64,000 nucleotides of DNA from Tubiluchus corallicola. Its lineage: Eukaryota > Animalia > Priapulida. Position 1 is the first letter of the stretch. Each line of letters begins with the position of its first letter. Shown here piece by piece: positions 37,701 through 64,000 of this stretch. The stretch spans positions 124,001 through 188,000 of the forward strand of contig JAQGDQ010000408.1 of assembly GCA_030141605.1 (NCBI GenBank), in the 5' to 3' direction. The notes beneath the pieces are model-generated. The model worked only from the letters and a program-made list of their open reading frames with translations. It did not search any database and was not told where the DNA came from. The position numbers were made by a program, and so were the translations under genes.

Positions 37701-39588
37701 TCTTTTGCGTAACATCTGTTGAAGCACTGGCTCTCGAGCTGCTCAACACGACAATGCGAGGTTTGGCCAAAACAGTTAAAGTTGTAGCTACAAAGAGAAT
37801 ATGCAAAAATGCTGAAAAATAAATTAAAGGGAGCACACAAAAATTTAGGTACTAAATGTAGTTAATTAGTGACAGATATTCCAGTAATGTCTATTATTGT
37901 ACTATAAGCCTATTATTATACCATGTATGGTTCAGAGATACTGCTAGTCTGCATTTGAACAGGGCGCCCCATCTACACTCGCTCCAAAAAAATTTAAAAA
38001 TGTGTATAGTTCTCACAATTAAATAAATTTTATCTTTTTCATCTAGTTTGTTCACCAATCCGTCAAAATTATCCCGAAGCTATACCGTATACGCTTCCTG
38101 TAGAACCTTAGGTTTTGCTTTTTACTTTAGGAGCGAAATTAGGCCGCAGTTAGGGCGTACACGGGCTTATGCGTTACGTTAATTACGAGGCATTACTTGA
38201 GCACGGATATACTAAAAATGATTTACTTTGCCATTGTGTACCCACACATTAACTATTGTATCTTATCGTGGGGCACAGCAAAAAAATCTGTTTTGAAACC
38301 ACTTACAGCAGCACATAACAAAATTATCAAAACAATGACTTTTGCTGGGTTCCGAGATCATGCTACCCCCTCCTATTATGCTTTGCAATTATTAAAAATT
38401 AATGAAATTTATAAGCTTGAGTTAGCGAAATTCATGTTCAACTATAAAAAGGGCATTCTACCTAAATTATACGGCAATTATTTCAAAAAGATTAGTGACG
38501 TTCACCAGTATTCTACGAGAGCAGCTACCAAACAAAACTATTTTCAGGAAAGATTTAACACAACAAAAGGTTTACAAACTTTAAAACATAATGGTACAGT
38601 TCTATGGAATACTCTTTCAGATGATCTTAAGCAATCAACTAGTATCTGTCACTTAAGTAAATTATATAAATGTCAACTCTTGCAAACTTATTACTGAACA
38701 ACTTTTATTCCTTTTGCAAGAGCAGTTACTGTTATAGCAGGATCAATTAACTTCCATATTTAATTGTTTATTGTCCAACTTCTGTAGATCATTTTCAAAG
38801 TCTGGACTCCAATTGTCAATCTCCTCATGCAGTCATACAGGTAATTTTTTGTGCTCTAACTATCTGCCAATTTATTTTACATCAGAACATCAAAAATCGC
38901 TCTGTATTTTTTTACATTATGCTTGCGTTATAAAGTAAATTTCAGTTGCCATTGTTATTATGTTCCTGATGTCAGATTTTTATTTCAGTTATTGTTTCAG
39001 TCCTTATTTCAGTTATCTTCAGTTTGATTTTTTTATTATTATTATTATGCACTTATTATTACTGTGTATGAATTGTACTAACACGTTATAAGCATATCAT
39101 TATCAATTTTATGTCATTCCTAACAATTTAGTTTTTATTATAAGCAGTACTAACACTATTACACTGTAGCATAGCGCCTTTAAAAAATGTTCATCACTAA
39201 CCAAAGGGCAGCTGACTAGATGACCAATTGGTCTTTCGCTGCCCTTTCTTCGCATTTTTGTTGCTAAATTAATTGTATTGTAACTGTGTGTGTTAAAAGA
39301 TAAATAAAAGATTATTATTATTATTATTATTATTACCGACTACCCCCTAACATCTTAACTACTGTATGAAGTTTATAAAGCTTAATAAGTTTACTACTGC
39401 TATGAAATTGACAAGTTGTGCTACATCAGTTGATAGTTTCAAAAGGCATTTGAGAGAGGACCGTTTACAGATATAGCCATCTAGGTCCTTATTTCTCTGG
39501 ATAAGGTATTATTGATAACATTTTAAAAATTTAATTTAAGAAGTTAATTACCTGGTCGTAACCGAAGCGCCAACCGAGAAATCATCAT
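31779..39588 (-). CDS. ATP5PB: Mitochondrial ATP synthase peripheral stalk subunit b, ~264 aa, 6 exons
   Basis: Minus-strand exons 39588-39552, 37787-37575, 36290-36127, 34948-34823, 33758-33579, 31853-31779, phase-consistent. Presequence [12 protein letters not shown]; motifs [84 protein letters not shown]. Confidence 0.96.
32280..32855 (+). mobile_element. CR1-type LINE 3' fragment
   Basis: Decayed [36 protein letters not shown] and [12 protein letters not shown] motifs. Confidence 0.85.
34279..34660 (-). mobile_element. hAT-type MITE, family C, with perfect 8-bp TSD
   Basis: CTGATCAT|TAGGGGTGAG...CTCACCCTA|CTGATCAT. Rich in TTCGAA palindromes; homologous to 1-237 and 37113-37501 in the opposite orientation. 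Confidence 0.85.
36364..36981 (+). mobile_element. Family A (Sola1-like), longest copy
   Basis: Both TIRs present, flanks ACTT/ATTT, colinear with 707-1236 and with extra internal sequence. Confidence 0.8.
37113..37501 (+). mobile_element. hAT-type MITE, family C copy
   Basis: Reverse complement of 34279-34660 (gagcattctctaccagaaa, cagaaactgc, gaactaaaaaactcgtt), flanked by GTTCTAA on both sides. Confidence 0.7.
38190..39335 (+). mobile_element. 5'-truncated non-LTR retrotransposon (L2/CR1-group LINE 3' end) in ATP5PB intron 1
   Basis: ORF 38197-38697 ([32 protein letters not shown]) is the typical RT C-terminal region. The 3' UTR has a stem-loop (aaagggcagc/gctgcccttt, 39203-39247), AATAAA and an (ATT)n tail. 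Confidence 0.88.
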
Positions 39589-40169
39589 TTCTCGAACATA
39601 AACTCGAGTTTTACGTATAAAATTCTACATACAGTCATACAGCACACCGGCTCACGAACCAAAATGGCTACCTATTCACCTTGATGATGACCACGAGCCG
39701 TTTGATAATCGAAAGCAATCCATAGATAAATGTTACTTCATATCTATGGATCAGAATTCAGAGTCTCGGTCTCAAAATTGTTTCAACAATATAATTATAC
39801 ACTATTTCTGCTGTTTTTGTCAAATGATTTACAAAACGATATAGTGTATAAAACTCCAATTCAGGCGCGTTACTTTAACTTGCAAATAAACAATTTCAAA
39901 AACCATTTCAGAACTTTTATAGTTTTTAAAACAACATTCCTGAGACTTTACACTGAAATTATTTATGAAGATGTTTCTCAAAATGTTGCGAAAATGTGTG
40001 TTCACGGGCCACATCTACAACAGTTCTGGTGTGACCATCCAGGCAAATATTTTCAATTTAAATATAAATTATTTTGATCTTTTCTTTCAATCTAAGTCCA
40101 TGTTGAATTCGGTTCAGCCTACTGTTTCAAATGTAGCAGTTCTAAATTAAAAACTCTGAAAAGTTTTGC

Positions 40170-40245
40170 ATGTAAACAATGCAAGGACTCGAAACGAAAA
40201 CCTTCTGTTTCCTGGACAGCTATGCTACCATTATACTACAGATAC
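40170..40245 (-). mobile_element. tRNA-derived SINE-like head (Pol III A and B boxes)
   Basis: The minus strand has TAGTATAATGG (A box) and GTTTCGAGTCC (B box) at tRNA-like spacing, but no complete cloverleaf. Confidence 0.4.
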
Positions 40246-40689
40246 AGTCTGATTCTTCAGACCCTGAAATTTGCACTATAAGCCACTAGTTGATCTATCA
40301 ACAAAGATGTCTACTCTATAACCCACTCAAGATAGTATTAAATCAATCATATAAAATACAAAAGCAAATTTGTTTCCCTATGCAGTTTAACTCTACATGT
40401 TCGAAAATAAAATAACGTTGATAATTCTCGTTTGGAAAACTGCTGACATAAAGCCATTGTTTGTGACGTCATCAAATTATATTTTACCCATAGACTTTGT
40501 TTACATGAATAAGCAAATGCTGACCGCAAGATAAGTCCACTAGATTTAGTCTATTATCATCATTTTAAGTAGCAATAACACTAGTGAAAGCTACGCAGAA
40601 CCCTTTATAAAGACGATATGGAATAGCTGAATATAATATACCACACCACATCTCACCGGACAACGGCGATACCACCAACAACAACGATG

Positions 40690-41045
40690 CGCAAAAATTT
40701 TGACAGACATTTGGACACAGGTTGATTCGCCTTCAACACAAAACTTTAGACACAGACAGATGTCATTTGACCATAAAGTACTAATGGACACATGGGTTAT
40801 TTAGATGCACAAAAATTTGAACGCAGCACTTTCAACACAAAGCACTTGGACACATCATTTAGCTACATACATAGATTGGACACAAGGTATTTTGGAGGCG
40901 GATAAGGACTATTTTGACACATTTATAGGTAATTTGGGCACAAGGTGATTTGGACGCATTGGCCATTTGGATACAAAGGCCCTTTGGGCTGTTATCGGCG
41001 TTTTGGCGTTATAGGATACTTGGACATTAGGTGTTTTTGGACGGT
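40690..41045. repeat. Degenerate tandem array with ttggacaca core
   Basis: More than ten ttggacac/tttgacac/ttagacac variants at roughly 20-bp spacing. Confidence 0.65.
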
Positions 41046-41049
41046 GCAC

Positions 41050-41921
41050 GGTAAAAGTGTCACAGGAAAAATGGCACAAATGGAAAAGTAGGAAAAATGG
41101 TACATATGTTATTTTGATGTAATTGATTTCTATAATAAAACTAGAATGCGCTCAGGTCTTTGCCAAAGCCGAACAATCCTAAACTTATTCGTCTGATTTT
41201 TTTTATTCAAAAAATAACACAAAGATAAACAAGCAAACATACAAAAATGTGTATGTATTGATAAAATATAGACTAGCAAAGGATTGATTTAAATAGATTT
41301 AGAATCAATGATGCACGAATGTTTCACATAGTGTTTATCTATCCTTTTAACCATTAATTTTGGCGATGGTAATGGACTGACAAATATATACATATTTATA
41401 TACCAAGTCACCGTATAAGGCTAAAAACATTAATAATAAGCATTACACAGTTTTACAAGCGAATTTTTTTCGAAATGGAACTGGAAACTAGCTCGTAGTT
41501 GTTTGTCCAGGTGGAGATAACGACAAGGAAGTACTAAACACTCCGTCTGGGACCTCCAAGAAGTGCTTCACGCACGTTTTTTTTGTACGTGGTGGTTTGG
41601 TAAAATTTTGCGAAATAAGAACCAGCAGAAAGATTCCCATTTTGGCGCCTTATACCCGTCTTTCTAGACAAAGTTCCTTGGAAATCTGTTACTCAGTAAT
41701 TGCGTAATAGGCTTACTGCCATAACAGACAAGAACAACCAAACAAACAGACAAAAAACTTTATTGAAACATAACTTCATTCGCAGAGGTAAAAAGAAGTA
41801 AAATAATTATTCTCCAGTGTAACCCTAAGCCTTAACACATTTTACTATGTGCGCCATATTTACCTGTGCCACTTTTACCTACTTTTCCATTTGTGCAATT
41901 TTTTCCTGTGCCATTTTTACC
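41050..41921. mobile_element. Foldback/Mutator-like element with long, internally repetitive TIRs
   Basis: ggtaaaagtgtcacaggaaaaatggcacaaatggaaaagtagg is inverted to cctacttttccatttgtgcaattttttcctgtgccatttttacc. Confidence 0.7.
41139..41790. mobile_element. Helentron-associated (HINE/DINE-1-like) non-autonomous element nested in the foldback element
   Basis: Begins aactagaa; ends with an (acaa/acag)n tract followed by aaacataacttcattcgcagaggtaa, an architecture I recognise from HINE elements (not searched). Confidence 0.4.
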
Positions 41922-41994
41922 TACATTCGTTTAGAACACAACCGTAACCCTTCGCCATTTGCCAGGGTTACACTACAGTGGGGCGTTTCACTGC

Positions 41995-42360
41995 TGTAGC
42001 GGATAGCCCTATAGGCTGAAGCCTAAGGCCCGGGATCCAAAGGGGCCCGGCAAAATAAAACGAAAAAAAATTTAGTAAGAAACTAAAGTTACTTTCAGAG
42101 TTTCTGATTGGCTTATTTTAGTTGACATCTAACCCAGAAACTCACCAAGCTGTAATCGTGTTTATATGGTCCTAGTCCACAACTCAAGGATCAAGAAGAT
42201 ATAATTTTTATCACAATCGGTGGGCAAAAACTCACAAAATTAAACAAACTTACAAACGACGAGAGCTCCACAAAAACACGTCAGCTCAGCAGTGTAGCAA
42301 CATTTAAAAGGCCCGTTCCAAGCTCGAGCCTAAGGCCCATAAAATCATAATCCGCCGCCG
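41995..42360. mobile_element. hAT-like MITE
   Basis: gcggat near the left end is inverted to atccgc at the right end, and subterminal gcctaaggccc is repeated at both ends. Confidence 0.45.
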
Positions 42361-42929
42361 CGTTTGTCGTTGTAGTTGATGGTATGGTCGTTGACATACT
42401 GTGCAGTGTGATGTAGTCGGTTGGTGTGGAGGTGTCGTGTGGTGTGGTGCATTAGTGCAATGTAATGTGGTGTGCCATCGGTAGCTGTTTTGATGTGGTG
42501 CAGCTGGATTGCTGTGGGCTTTCGTACAAAATTGTTTTTGTGGGGTTTAGCTAGAAGAATTCTTCAAGATAATATCTTCGTTAACGACGTTGTCATCATC
42601 GTGTAATCTGGGTTAGATTGTTTTGTAATGGGTGAGTGTGGTATGTAGAGTAGCATGGAGGATGTAGTGTAGTGTGGTGTGGTGTGGATGGTGATCTGGG
42701 TGTAGTGTAAGGTGGTGTAGAATGTTGTTGACTTGTGTTTGTGAATTTTTATTGCGTGTGGGTGGTGTATGACGGTGGCTTTAGGCCCAAAATTTTTTAG
42801 GCTAAAATTATTGAATTCTTTAAGATCATTACCTAATACATTTTTAAATTACCTAAAAATATAAGCAGGGTTTTGTGCCTAGGAGACCCCACATCGACTT
42901 TATTCTGGCGTTGTGTGTTGTTGTGATCA

Positions 42930-45257
42930 TAACAAATTAAATAATATTATTGAAATGTCAGGATATAACCATTATAAGCAAAAATTAGAAATATATAAAA
43001 AGAATAATAAAAGTGACATGGAGAATTATGAAGGAAAAAATGAATAAAAGTAAAGTGCAAAACCAAATTAAACTATATCAATGACAACTTCTATTCAAAT
43101 AACAAATTAATTACTGATATATTCAAAGAGTTTTTTTGCCAAAGTTGGACTATCACTTGCTGAGAAGATTATCGTGTCGAATCATCAATTTAAACAACAC
43201 TTAAAAAGGTAACTAATATAACATAACTTGTTCTTTTTTAATCAAGTTCCTCCTAATGACGTTCTTAATGTATCCAAACAATTAAAATAATACCAACAAG
43301 AAATACGGAATTGACAACTAGATACTTAGGATATATCGCACACATATTTTCTCACAATCTTGATACTTATAACTCATATTTTAAATAAATCTCTTAATAA
43401 TGTCACAAAATGAAACAAGCACTTATAGAGCTCCTCCATAAGCCTGGCGACAACACTAATTTAAAAAACTAACGACTAAAATCCATGTTATCCTTTTTTA
43501 TTAACATACTTGAAAAATGTGTATACAATCATGTTTACAAATGTTTAATCAAAAATAATATGCTTGACAACAGCCAATTTGGATTCAGATCAGGACTAGC
43601 TATTGAGCTAGTTTTAAATAAAGTTCGTGAACAAATTGCTAACACTATAAAAACAATTCAATCGCTGTTGGCATTTTTTGTGACTTATCTAAAGACGTTG
43701 ACACCATTGACCACAATATATATATATATATATATATACAAATTAAAAAACTTTTTCATAATTGTGTTCGAGAAATTCAAAAATGTGGGGTTTAACAACT
43801 ATCTCTGTGTAAGAAGCCACGTAGTTAGATACAGTCAATGTCTATCCAATACTAAATCCACGAAAGGTGGTGTACCACAAGGCTCTATTCTTGAGCCACT
43901 ATTATTTTTAACATATGTAAACGACTTATCTCATGCCCTAACCAACAATGACTTATTTCAGTTTGTAGGTGACAAGACATCACTTTTTTTCCATTATTAA
44001 TATTCTTATTTTGTAATCTGAAATGAATAATAAACTTCCACTAATAGCTGATCGATTGGTTCAAAGCGAACAAATTATCACAAAATTTAAATCAAAGAAC
44101 AACAAGAATACCTTATATTTCACTCTTAAAATAAAGGCTTCTGAACGACATTAACCAGTAGATTGAGGGACAAGAAATTGAAAGATCGAGTTCCAACATA
44201 AGTTTCTTAGGTCATGTAATTAAGGAAAAATTTGATTGGAAAACACCTATTAAGTGTAAAAAATACTAAAAATCTTGGAATAATTAAGTTCTTTGAAGAC
44301 AAACTAGACGAATCTCATCTTATAACACTCTGTTACTTACTAATACTATTATAGTTACCTAACTTAATGCTTCGCTTATATATTGTACGTTTTATACATC
44401 CAGTTTAACAACATTATATTTAGGCATCAAACAAAGTTTATAAGAATCGGCCAACATTTTTTCTGGCATCAAAGAACGTTATATCTCCACCTAAACAGCT
44501 AATCTAAACGTACCACTATTGAAAGACGTACGTCTTTATTTATGACGAATGTGGCATATTAATTCTAGAAGACTTGATAACATGATTTATCATTTATCTA
44601 CTTATATGTACAAGACGTACTACAATTTGTTTCTCAGTTTTTTACAAATCCAATAACTGAGAACACAAAATACCGTTTTACAAAGTTCAAACACCATCAT
44701 GTCCTTATTGTTGCACAAATGTTGTCAAGCACTTTATTAAATTCAACGCCCCCCCCCGCCCCCCAATAACCGGAAAAACTAGGTGCCCAGGTAAAAATAT
44801 ACGAAACTCTCTACAGTTTCAAAAAGTATTTGAAATGAACCGTTCTAGATTCGTACTTATAATATAATCTTTGATATTTCTCACAGTCGCAATGGCTGGC
44901 TTTTCATTGTTTAGTCAAAAATCATTTATTTTCACACAATATATTTATAATACTATTTGAATATAACTTTATGTAATTTAAAACATACACTGGTTCTTTT
45001 GTTTTTCCTTTCCTTCTTCTTATCACTAATCTTACTATTTTTGCTTCATTATATCATGTGAGCTATCCCTAACCTTTCTTCATTCACTCATTCATGGCGT
45101 CTTAAGCGCCTTTTCAAGGTGTCATGCAGCAATTATTTTATTCGGTTAATACGATTTCATCTATAATTAATTTTTTTTCTTATATTGTTTAGTCGATTTA
45201 TCTTGTATGTTGGTGTATATGTAACTAATGCTGAAAATAAATTGATTTGATTTGATG
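42930..45257 (+). mobile_element. Degenerate LINE (CR1/L2-group) reverse transcriptase remnant
   Basis: Frameshifted motifs ILEKCVY, SQFGFRSG, GVPQGSILEPLLFLTYVNDL and FVGDKT (decayed FADD); the 3' end is aataaattgatttgatttga. Confidence 0.85.
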
Positions 45258-47539
45258 CTGTCCTGTTAAGTCTGTGCCCTCCCTGATTTCTTTAGAGTGT
45301 AACCTTCCCAAAATGTACCCGTGGTTGCACTCTTCACATGTAAAGATGAAAAACTGCGCCGCAAATAATTATAACAAAACAATTCTTAATGTAAAATCAC
45401 CATTTTATTCAAGTATTAACACGCAGTCATTTCAGTTTTATACAATATTATGGTAGGTAATTTCTATCAGCTGCTTTCAGATCGTACTAAAAATTCCACA
45501 ATTATTACTGTTATATTAATATAAAAATCACCAACGATTATATAATAGCGGGGTAGGTTATAATATCTTCACAGCCCTGTTCATTAAGTTACGTTATCTA
45601 AAGTAAAAATCTCTTATCTACAATTATTATGTATGTAAATGGCACCAGGTATGCAAAAAGGAATGTTATGAACGTATTTTTGTATGCTAAAATCTACAGC
45701 CAACATCATTCTTAGGTTAAATATTGCTATAAAATCCGAAGACTGGTTCATACGTTATTTGTTTTTCATGAAAATCAACCCGTTCAGGAGACAACTGCGT
45801 TACATGTATTAGGTTCAATCGTGAAGCGAACATCAAAGTCTTCACATGAACAACAGGTGTAAAAACACGTCTTGTGTAAATACTTAAAGGAAAACCGGAC
45901 GATTGTGTCAACATTAGTTCAGAATAAAGAATGCTCTAAAATATTGAAAACTACAATAGCTTTTTTAAATCAAAGCTTACATTAAATAATAATTACCTCG
46001 GATACTCAAATTTTGTTAAACTTTCAAAGCTACGCGCGGCTCAGTGAATCTACTAAGATTGGCAATGGCACCTTTTTGTCACGCGCACGTGGCCGACAAA
46101 TAGAAGGCGGTACCGTGATAAACATGATCATGAACTGCAGTGTTAGTTTCTGACGCCATATGACGTAGAGCGCGTTCAAGCAGTAACACTTATGCAAACG
46201 TGCTTGACGGGCGAGGGAAGATGTCTGCCATTGCACAAACTGTTGTTAGTTTCTGACGTAAGCAATAGCTGTGTTCGGTTGCCATTAATTAAACTAATTT
46301 AACTATCTAAGCTAAGCCAATTATTCAAATATAAGAAATGAGTAACAGAAGTAATAAGTAACGTGAGTAACAATATAAGAGAAGAGAACATAAGTAAGCA
46401 ATGGTAGAAACAATTGCTAACTTTTATAGGCAAGAAAATGTATATTTTGGACAGTAAATTAAAATAAGATTGAGTCTAAACAATCGTCCAGTTTTCTTTT
46501 AAAAACCACTACTTAGATATTGAAGCTGCACACAGATCTAACTTACAGATGTAATTGCTTAACTATGTGATGCCACTGTTTGGTTCTGCTATTCCACTTT
46601 TACATAAAACAATCACAAAAGCAAGATTAGAACTGCTAGAAAGTACGAATAGTGCAGGGTAACGGAAAATAAACTACAACAAAATTTCTTTACAATTGAA
46701 AAACACTCAAAAAAGTAATGAAGTTTGATTTAACAAAACCAAAGTCAAATTGTCTCTCACATTCTTCATAAATGTGTTACAAAGTAGCTGTTTTGCAAAT
46801 ACAAATAAATTTCTCATAACTTTTATATCTGTGAAACATACAATACGTTTCATGTGAAATGCTTTGAGGCAGTTTCCAGACATCACACCCAAAAGTAACT
46901 AAAAACGCTACATACTCAACAGTAATAATAATATCAACTTGCTTTTATCAAACCTGCATTTTATTCAGTATTGCGGAAAGTTCTTAGTTGAAGCAAAATT
47001 TACGTTGTTGACACAAATAAAAAAGTTAACAAGAACAAGCAAACATGATAAAAACTTATATTGTCAAAGACTCGTTTTAAAAAATGATGACATAACATTC
47101 CACATCATTCTACCAGATATGCGTTTTCAAAATAAGACAACCAATTATTAATAATCATTTTGTCAGGATGAAATGTGTCCAGTTTATAGTCAATAGATGT
47201 TGCTATGATTTTGCTTAATGTCAGAGAAAAAGCATGGCAGCAGCACCGGCCTATGTCATCATTCATAACATCAGTAAGCTAACTAATGCAAATTAATATT
47301 ACTTTGTCGTTTGCTTTGCATGTCCTTGAGAGATCAGATGTAGCTTTTCTATTGTTTGTTATTATTTTCTCATTACACATTTCTTGGTGGTGGTAAAAAT
47401 TTTAGGGTTACTTGTTTCGCCATGATGCTGTTCTTGTTCTCGTTGCTCATGTAATAAGTTTGAGCCAGACATCACAATATCTGTATTCCAAATTTTTACT
47501 ATAAAACAGATTCCATAGAAATGATAAACAGTGTTTTAA

Positions 47540-47852
47540 AGCCAAGCTCAGGTCGACCAGTGACGCGATGCAACTGGCCTCAAAATGACAGAAACCAGTC
47601 GTAGACATGCTCAGGTCGACAGCGACTGATTTACAGCAACTAGGAAGAAACAAGTTCTCATGTGTTACAACACTGCTTAAGCTGATAATTGCGCATACGT
47701 GAATGACAAAAAATCTTTGAGCAGACCACATGAAGAAACCACAATCATCGTCGAACTATGCTCAGGTAAAAATTGCGTACATATGACACTTGTAGAACAT
47801 GAGCAACTTGCTGCCAGTTGTGTTATATCCCAAGGTCGACCTAAGCCTGCCT
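47540..47852. mobile_element. Kolobok-like MITE downstream of the CASK stop codon
   Basis: TTAA|agccaagctcaggtcgacc...ggtcgacctaagcctgcct|TTAA; the gctcaggt motif is reiterated internally. Confidence 0.6.
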
Positions 47853-49606
47853 TTAATGGCACGCTCAGCAACAAATTCCAGACAATGAAACAACATTCTA
47901 AATGACATATCCCCCGGTAGTTAGAAAGACTAAAAACTCAATAAGTAAACCAGTACTTTGCATTTGTAATGTGCGATAATGAAGGCTGGTTATTTAGTCT
48001 AGTTATGTCTTCTGAAATTTTTGACAACTTACGACGTTATTTATCCTGAGCACTGAACCCTTTGCAACCAAAAATGGGATTTTCAATTTTAGCAGATCTG
48101 ATGACTTGACCTAGCTATGTGACCTTGCTTACAAAAGCCATCCACAGTGCTTTGAAATTAAAACTCTATTGCAGGGTAAAGTAACTTCAAATTATTAATT
48201 TTATAAACTGTCATTTTTTACTTTTTTATGAGCAGTTAGATAATTATGCGGGTCCAGAAATGACATTTTTAGAAACCAATTTCACGATTTTCCAATTTTT
48301 ACTTTTTGCGTACAGTGTTACAGATACATACAATAGCTTGGCTTGAAAATAAGGAAGGAAGAAAAACTTGGCAGCAAACTAGTCAGCAAAGCAAGGACAT
48401 AGAGGCCATGAGCTCATTGAAAAATCATTGGGTTAGTACTACACACAGTTTTAATAAGCAAGGCCCAATAAATCTATAAACATGATTAGAACAAGTGACA
48501 CACATTTATATATCTCTGAAAATGTAAATCATTTCGACTACAAATTTGTTTACAGTCTAATGCTGCCGTCAAGATGAAACATCCGATTTTCATATATCAC
48601 CTGACACCTGTTCAACAGGTAAGCTAACGCACGAATAAAATGTCATTAAGTAATCGTAGATAAAACTTCGAAGGTAACCAAATTAAGAAACACCTATGAA
48701 ACTAATAACTCCATATAACTGAGTATCTACTTCCCACGGGAAAACTAAAGACATGTACATTACATGAAATCCTAACTTACTGCAGATATTATAAACACAT
48801 AATAACATTAACATTTGCAAAACCCCATTATCTCAAAGCAACCTGCCCACAGAGTAACTTCTTAAACTAACAGATCTCGATAACAATACACATAAGTTTC
48901 ACGAACTTAATATAAAAGCAAAATTTAACAATTATTTTAAGAATGTAACATTTTCTTTTATTCTTTTCTAAGAAAAGGTTCGTTTTAGCATCGTATTCGG
49001 CTACAAAATTATAATCAACTTTGGGTTTCTATGAATACATGATTTTCTTAAAAACCCAATTGTTTCGCATACAATCAAAAGCAAATTTCTAAACTCATGA
49101 TCCAGCTATTAAATTTTGCAGTTTATAAAAGGAACGCAACTGTTATTTATGACAGTTTTTTCCAAAGAGATAGAATCGTTTAGACTACCATCCACATGTT
49201 TTCGGTTATTTCCGTTACTTTCAGGACTACCACTTACTTCTCATTAACAAATATTTTCTTGTTGTCAAGTTTCAGCATTTCAGTTTCAATTCAAAACACC
49301 GTCACCATTACCGTGTCTCGTCACGAGACTTCTATATTCACAAAATCACGCAGCACACGGATTCATGAATTTGCACCTGTAATTGTTCTCAATCACACGC
49401 ACATTTGCTGACAATTTTCAGCACACTTCTAGTGCTCGAAAGCGTTTTCGGAGAAGCAGGTTCGTCGTCTCAACACGATTCCGCAAAGCCACATCAGAAA
49501 CGTTTCATACGGGAAGCGTAGGCAACAAAGCTGTACAGTCCGGGCAGAGAATTGCTTAATCACAGTATTGGCATTGTATGAGCTCTTATAAGAGATTATC
49601 CCATCG

Positions 49607-63250
<13,644 letters not shown>

Positions 63251-64000
63251 TTATCGGCCGAATGATGCCAATATGTTTTAATCAAGGTTGAGAAAACGGG
63301 CCACGAGAATTTCGGCAAGAGTCGGCAGAGGAGAAGAAGCGGTAAATACGTGATAAAATAAGACATAAAAGTGTTACGACCAACGAACTGTTAAACATTA
63401 TTATTGTATTTAGGCAATTTGGCTGTCGTACAACATTATTGGACTTTCAGAATGCGCAAATAACACTTAGTGATTTCATCAGCTTGAGTGGCAAGGCAAA
63501 TAGCAAAAAATCGGCTTCAAAAATTCGGTTCATACTTTTCAAATTTTCCAGTGTTAAAGCACAAGCAGAAAAAGACCTTTCACTAAGCTTAAAACAGTGT
63601 TTTGAAATTTTATACCACTTGCATGCTGCCTTATTGCACACAGAGCTTGTGTTAGTAGTAAATATGTATAAAACATGAAAATCTAAACTCCAAGGGTGAC
63701 CGTCAGGTGCAACCATTTTAATGGTAAGTCATCTGAAACAAGTTTAGATAACATTGTGTAAAGTTTGAAAAAATAATCAGAGCATTCGTAGCACGCATTT
63801 CACTAACTAAATAAAATTGAAAATTGCTGTGTATAAAATTAAAATAAGTTTTTTATCGAGTTGGTGGTGCACACTGGGAAGGTGAGCCAACGACATTTAT
63901 CACTTACTGCAAATGTTTTAAATTAGGAATTCTAGTTACACAAGTCTTTCAAGCAGGTAAGAGAAATACTAAGTAATATAACTTCGGAAAGTTGTTTTTT

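Noticed and set aside
40170-40245. tRNA gene
   Set aside because: A and B boxes are present, but the acceptor and anticodon stems do not form; treated as a SINE-like head.

Overview
AT-rich, intron-containing genomic DNA from an invertebrate animal; it is not prokaryotic, so most short ORFs in the supplied track are noise or single exons. By reading GT-AG boundaries and checking phase, I reconstructed five genes: an intronless, divergent Gq-like G-protein alpha subunit (2548-3687, +), RMND1 (9 coding exons, +), YJU2/CCDC94 (7 exons, +), mitochondrial ATP synthase subunit b ATP5PB (6 exons, -) and the 3' part of CASK (PDZ-SH3-HOOK-GK, 9 exons, -), which continues beyond the window end. Introns and intergenic DNA are crowded with non-autonomous DNA transposons (Sola-, hAT-, piggyBac-, Tc1/mariner-, Kolobok- and Helentron-like), LINE remnants and two minisatellites. 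The strongest lead is the G-alpha gene: it lacks the N-terminal lipidation sites, carries a ~25-aa Cys-containing insertion between switch I and switch II, has an altered C-terminus, and a decayed paralogue relic lies downstream. Other leads are a 5S rRNA copy without a Pol III terminator fused to a ~400-bp GC-rich body (candidate SINE3), tandem in-frame splice donors in the CASK SH3 exon, and a possible in-frame upstream extension of RMND1. Gene identities rest on recognised conserved motifs, not database searches; repeat boundaries are approximate.
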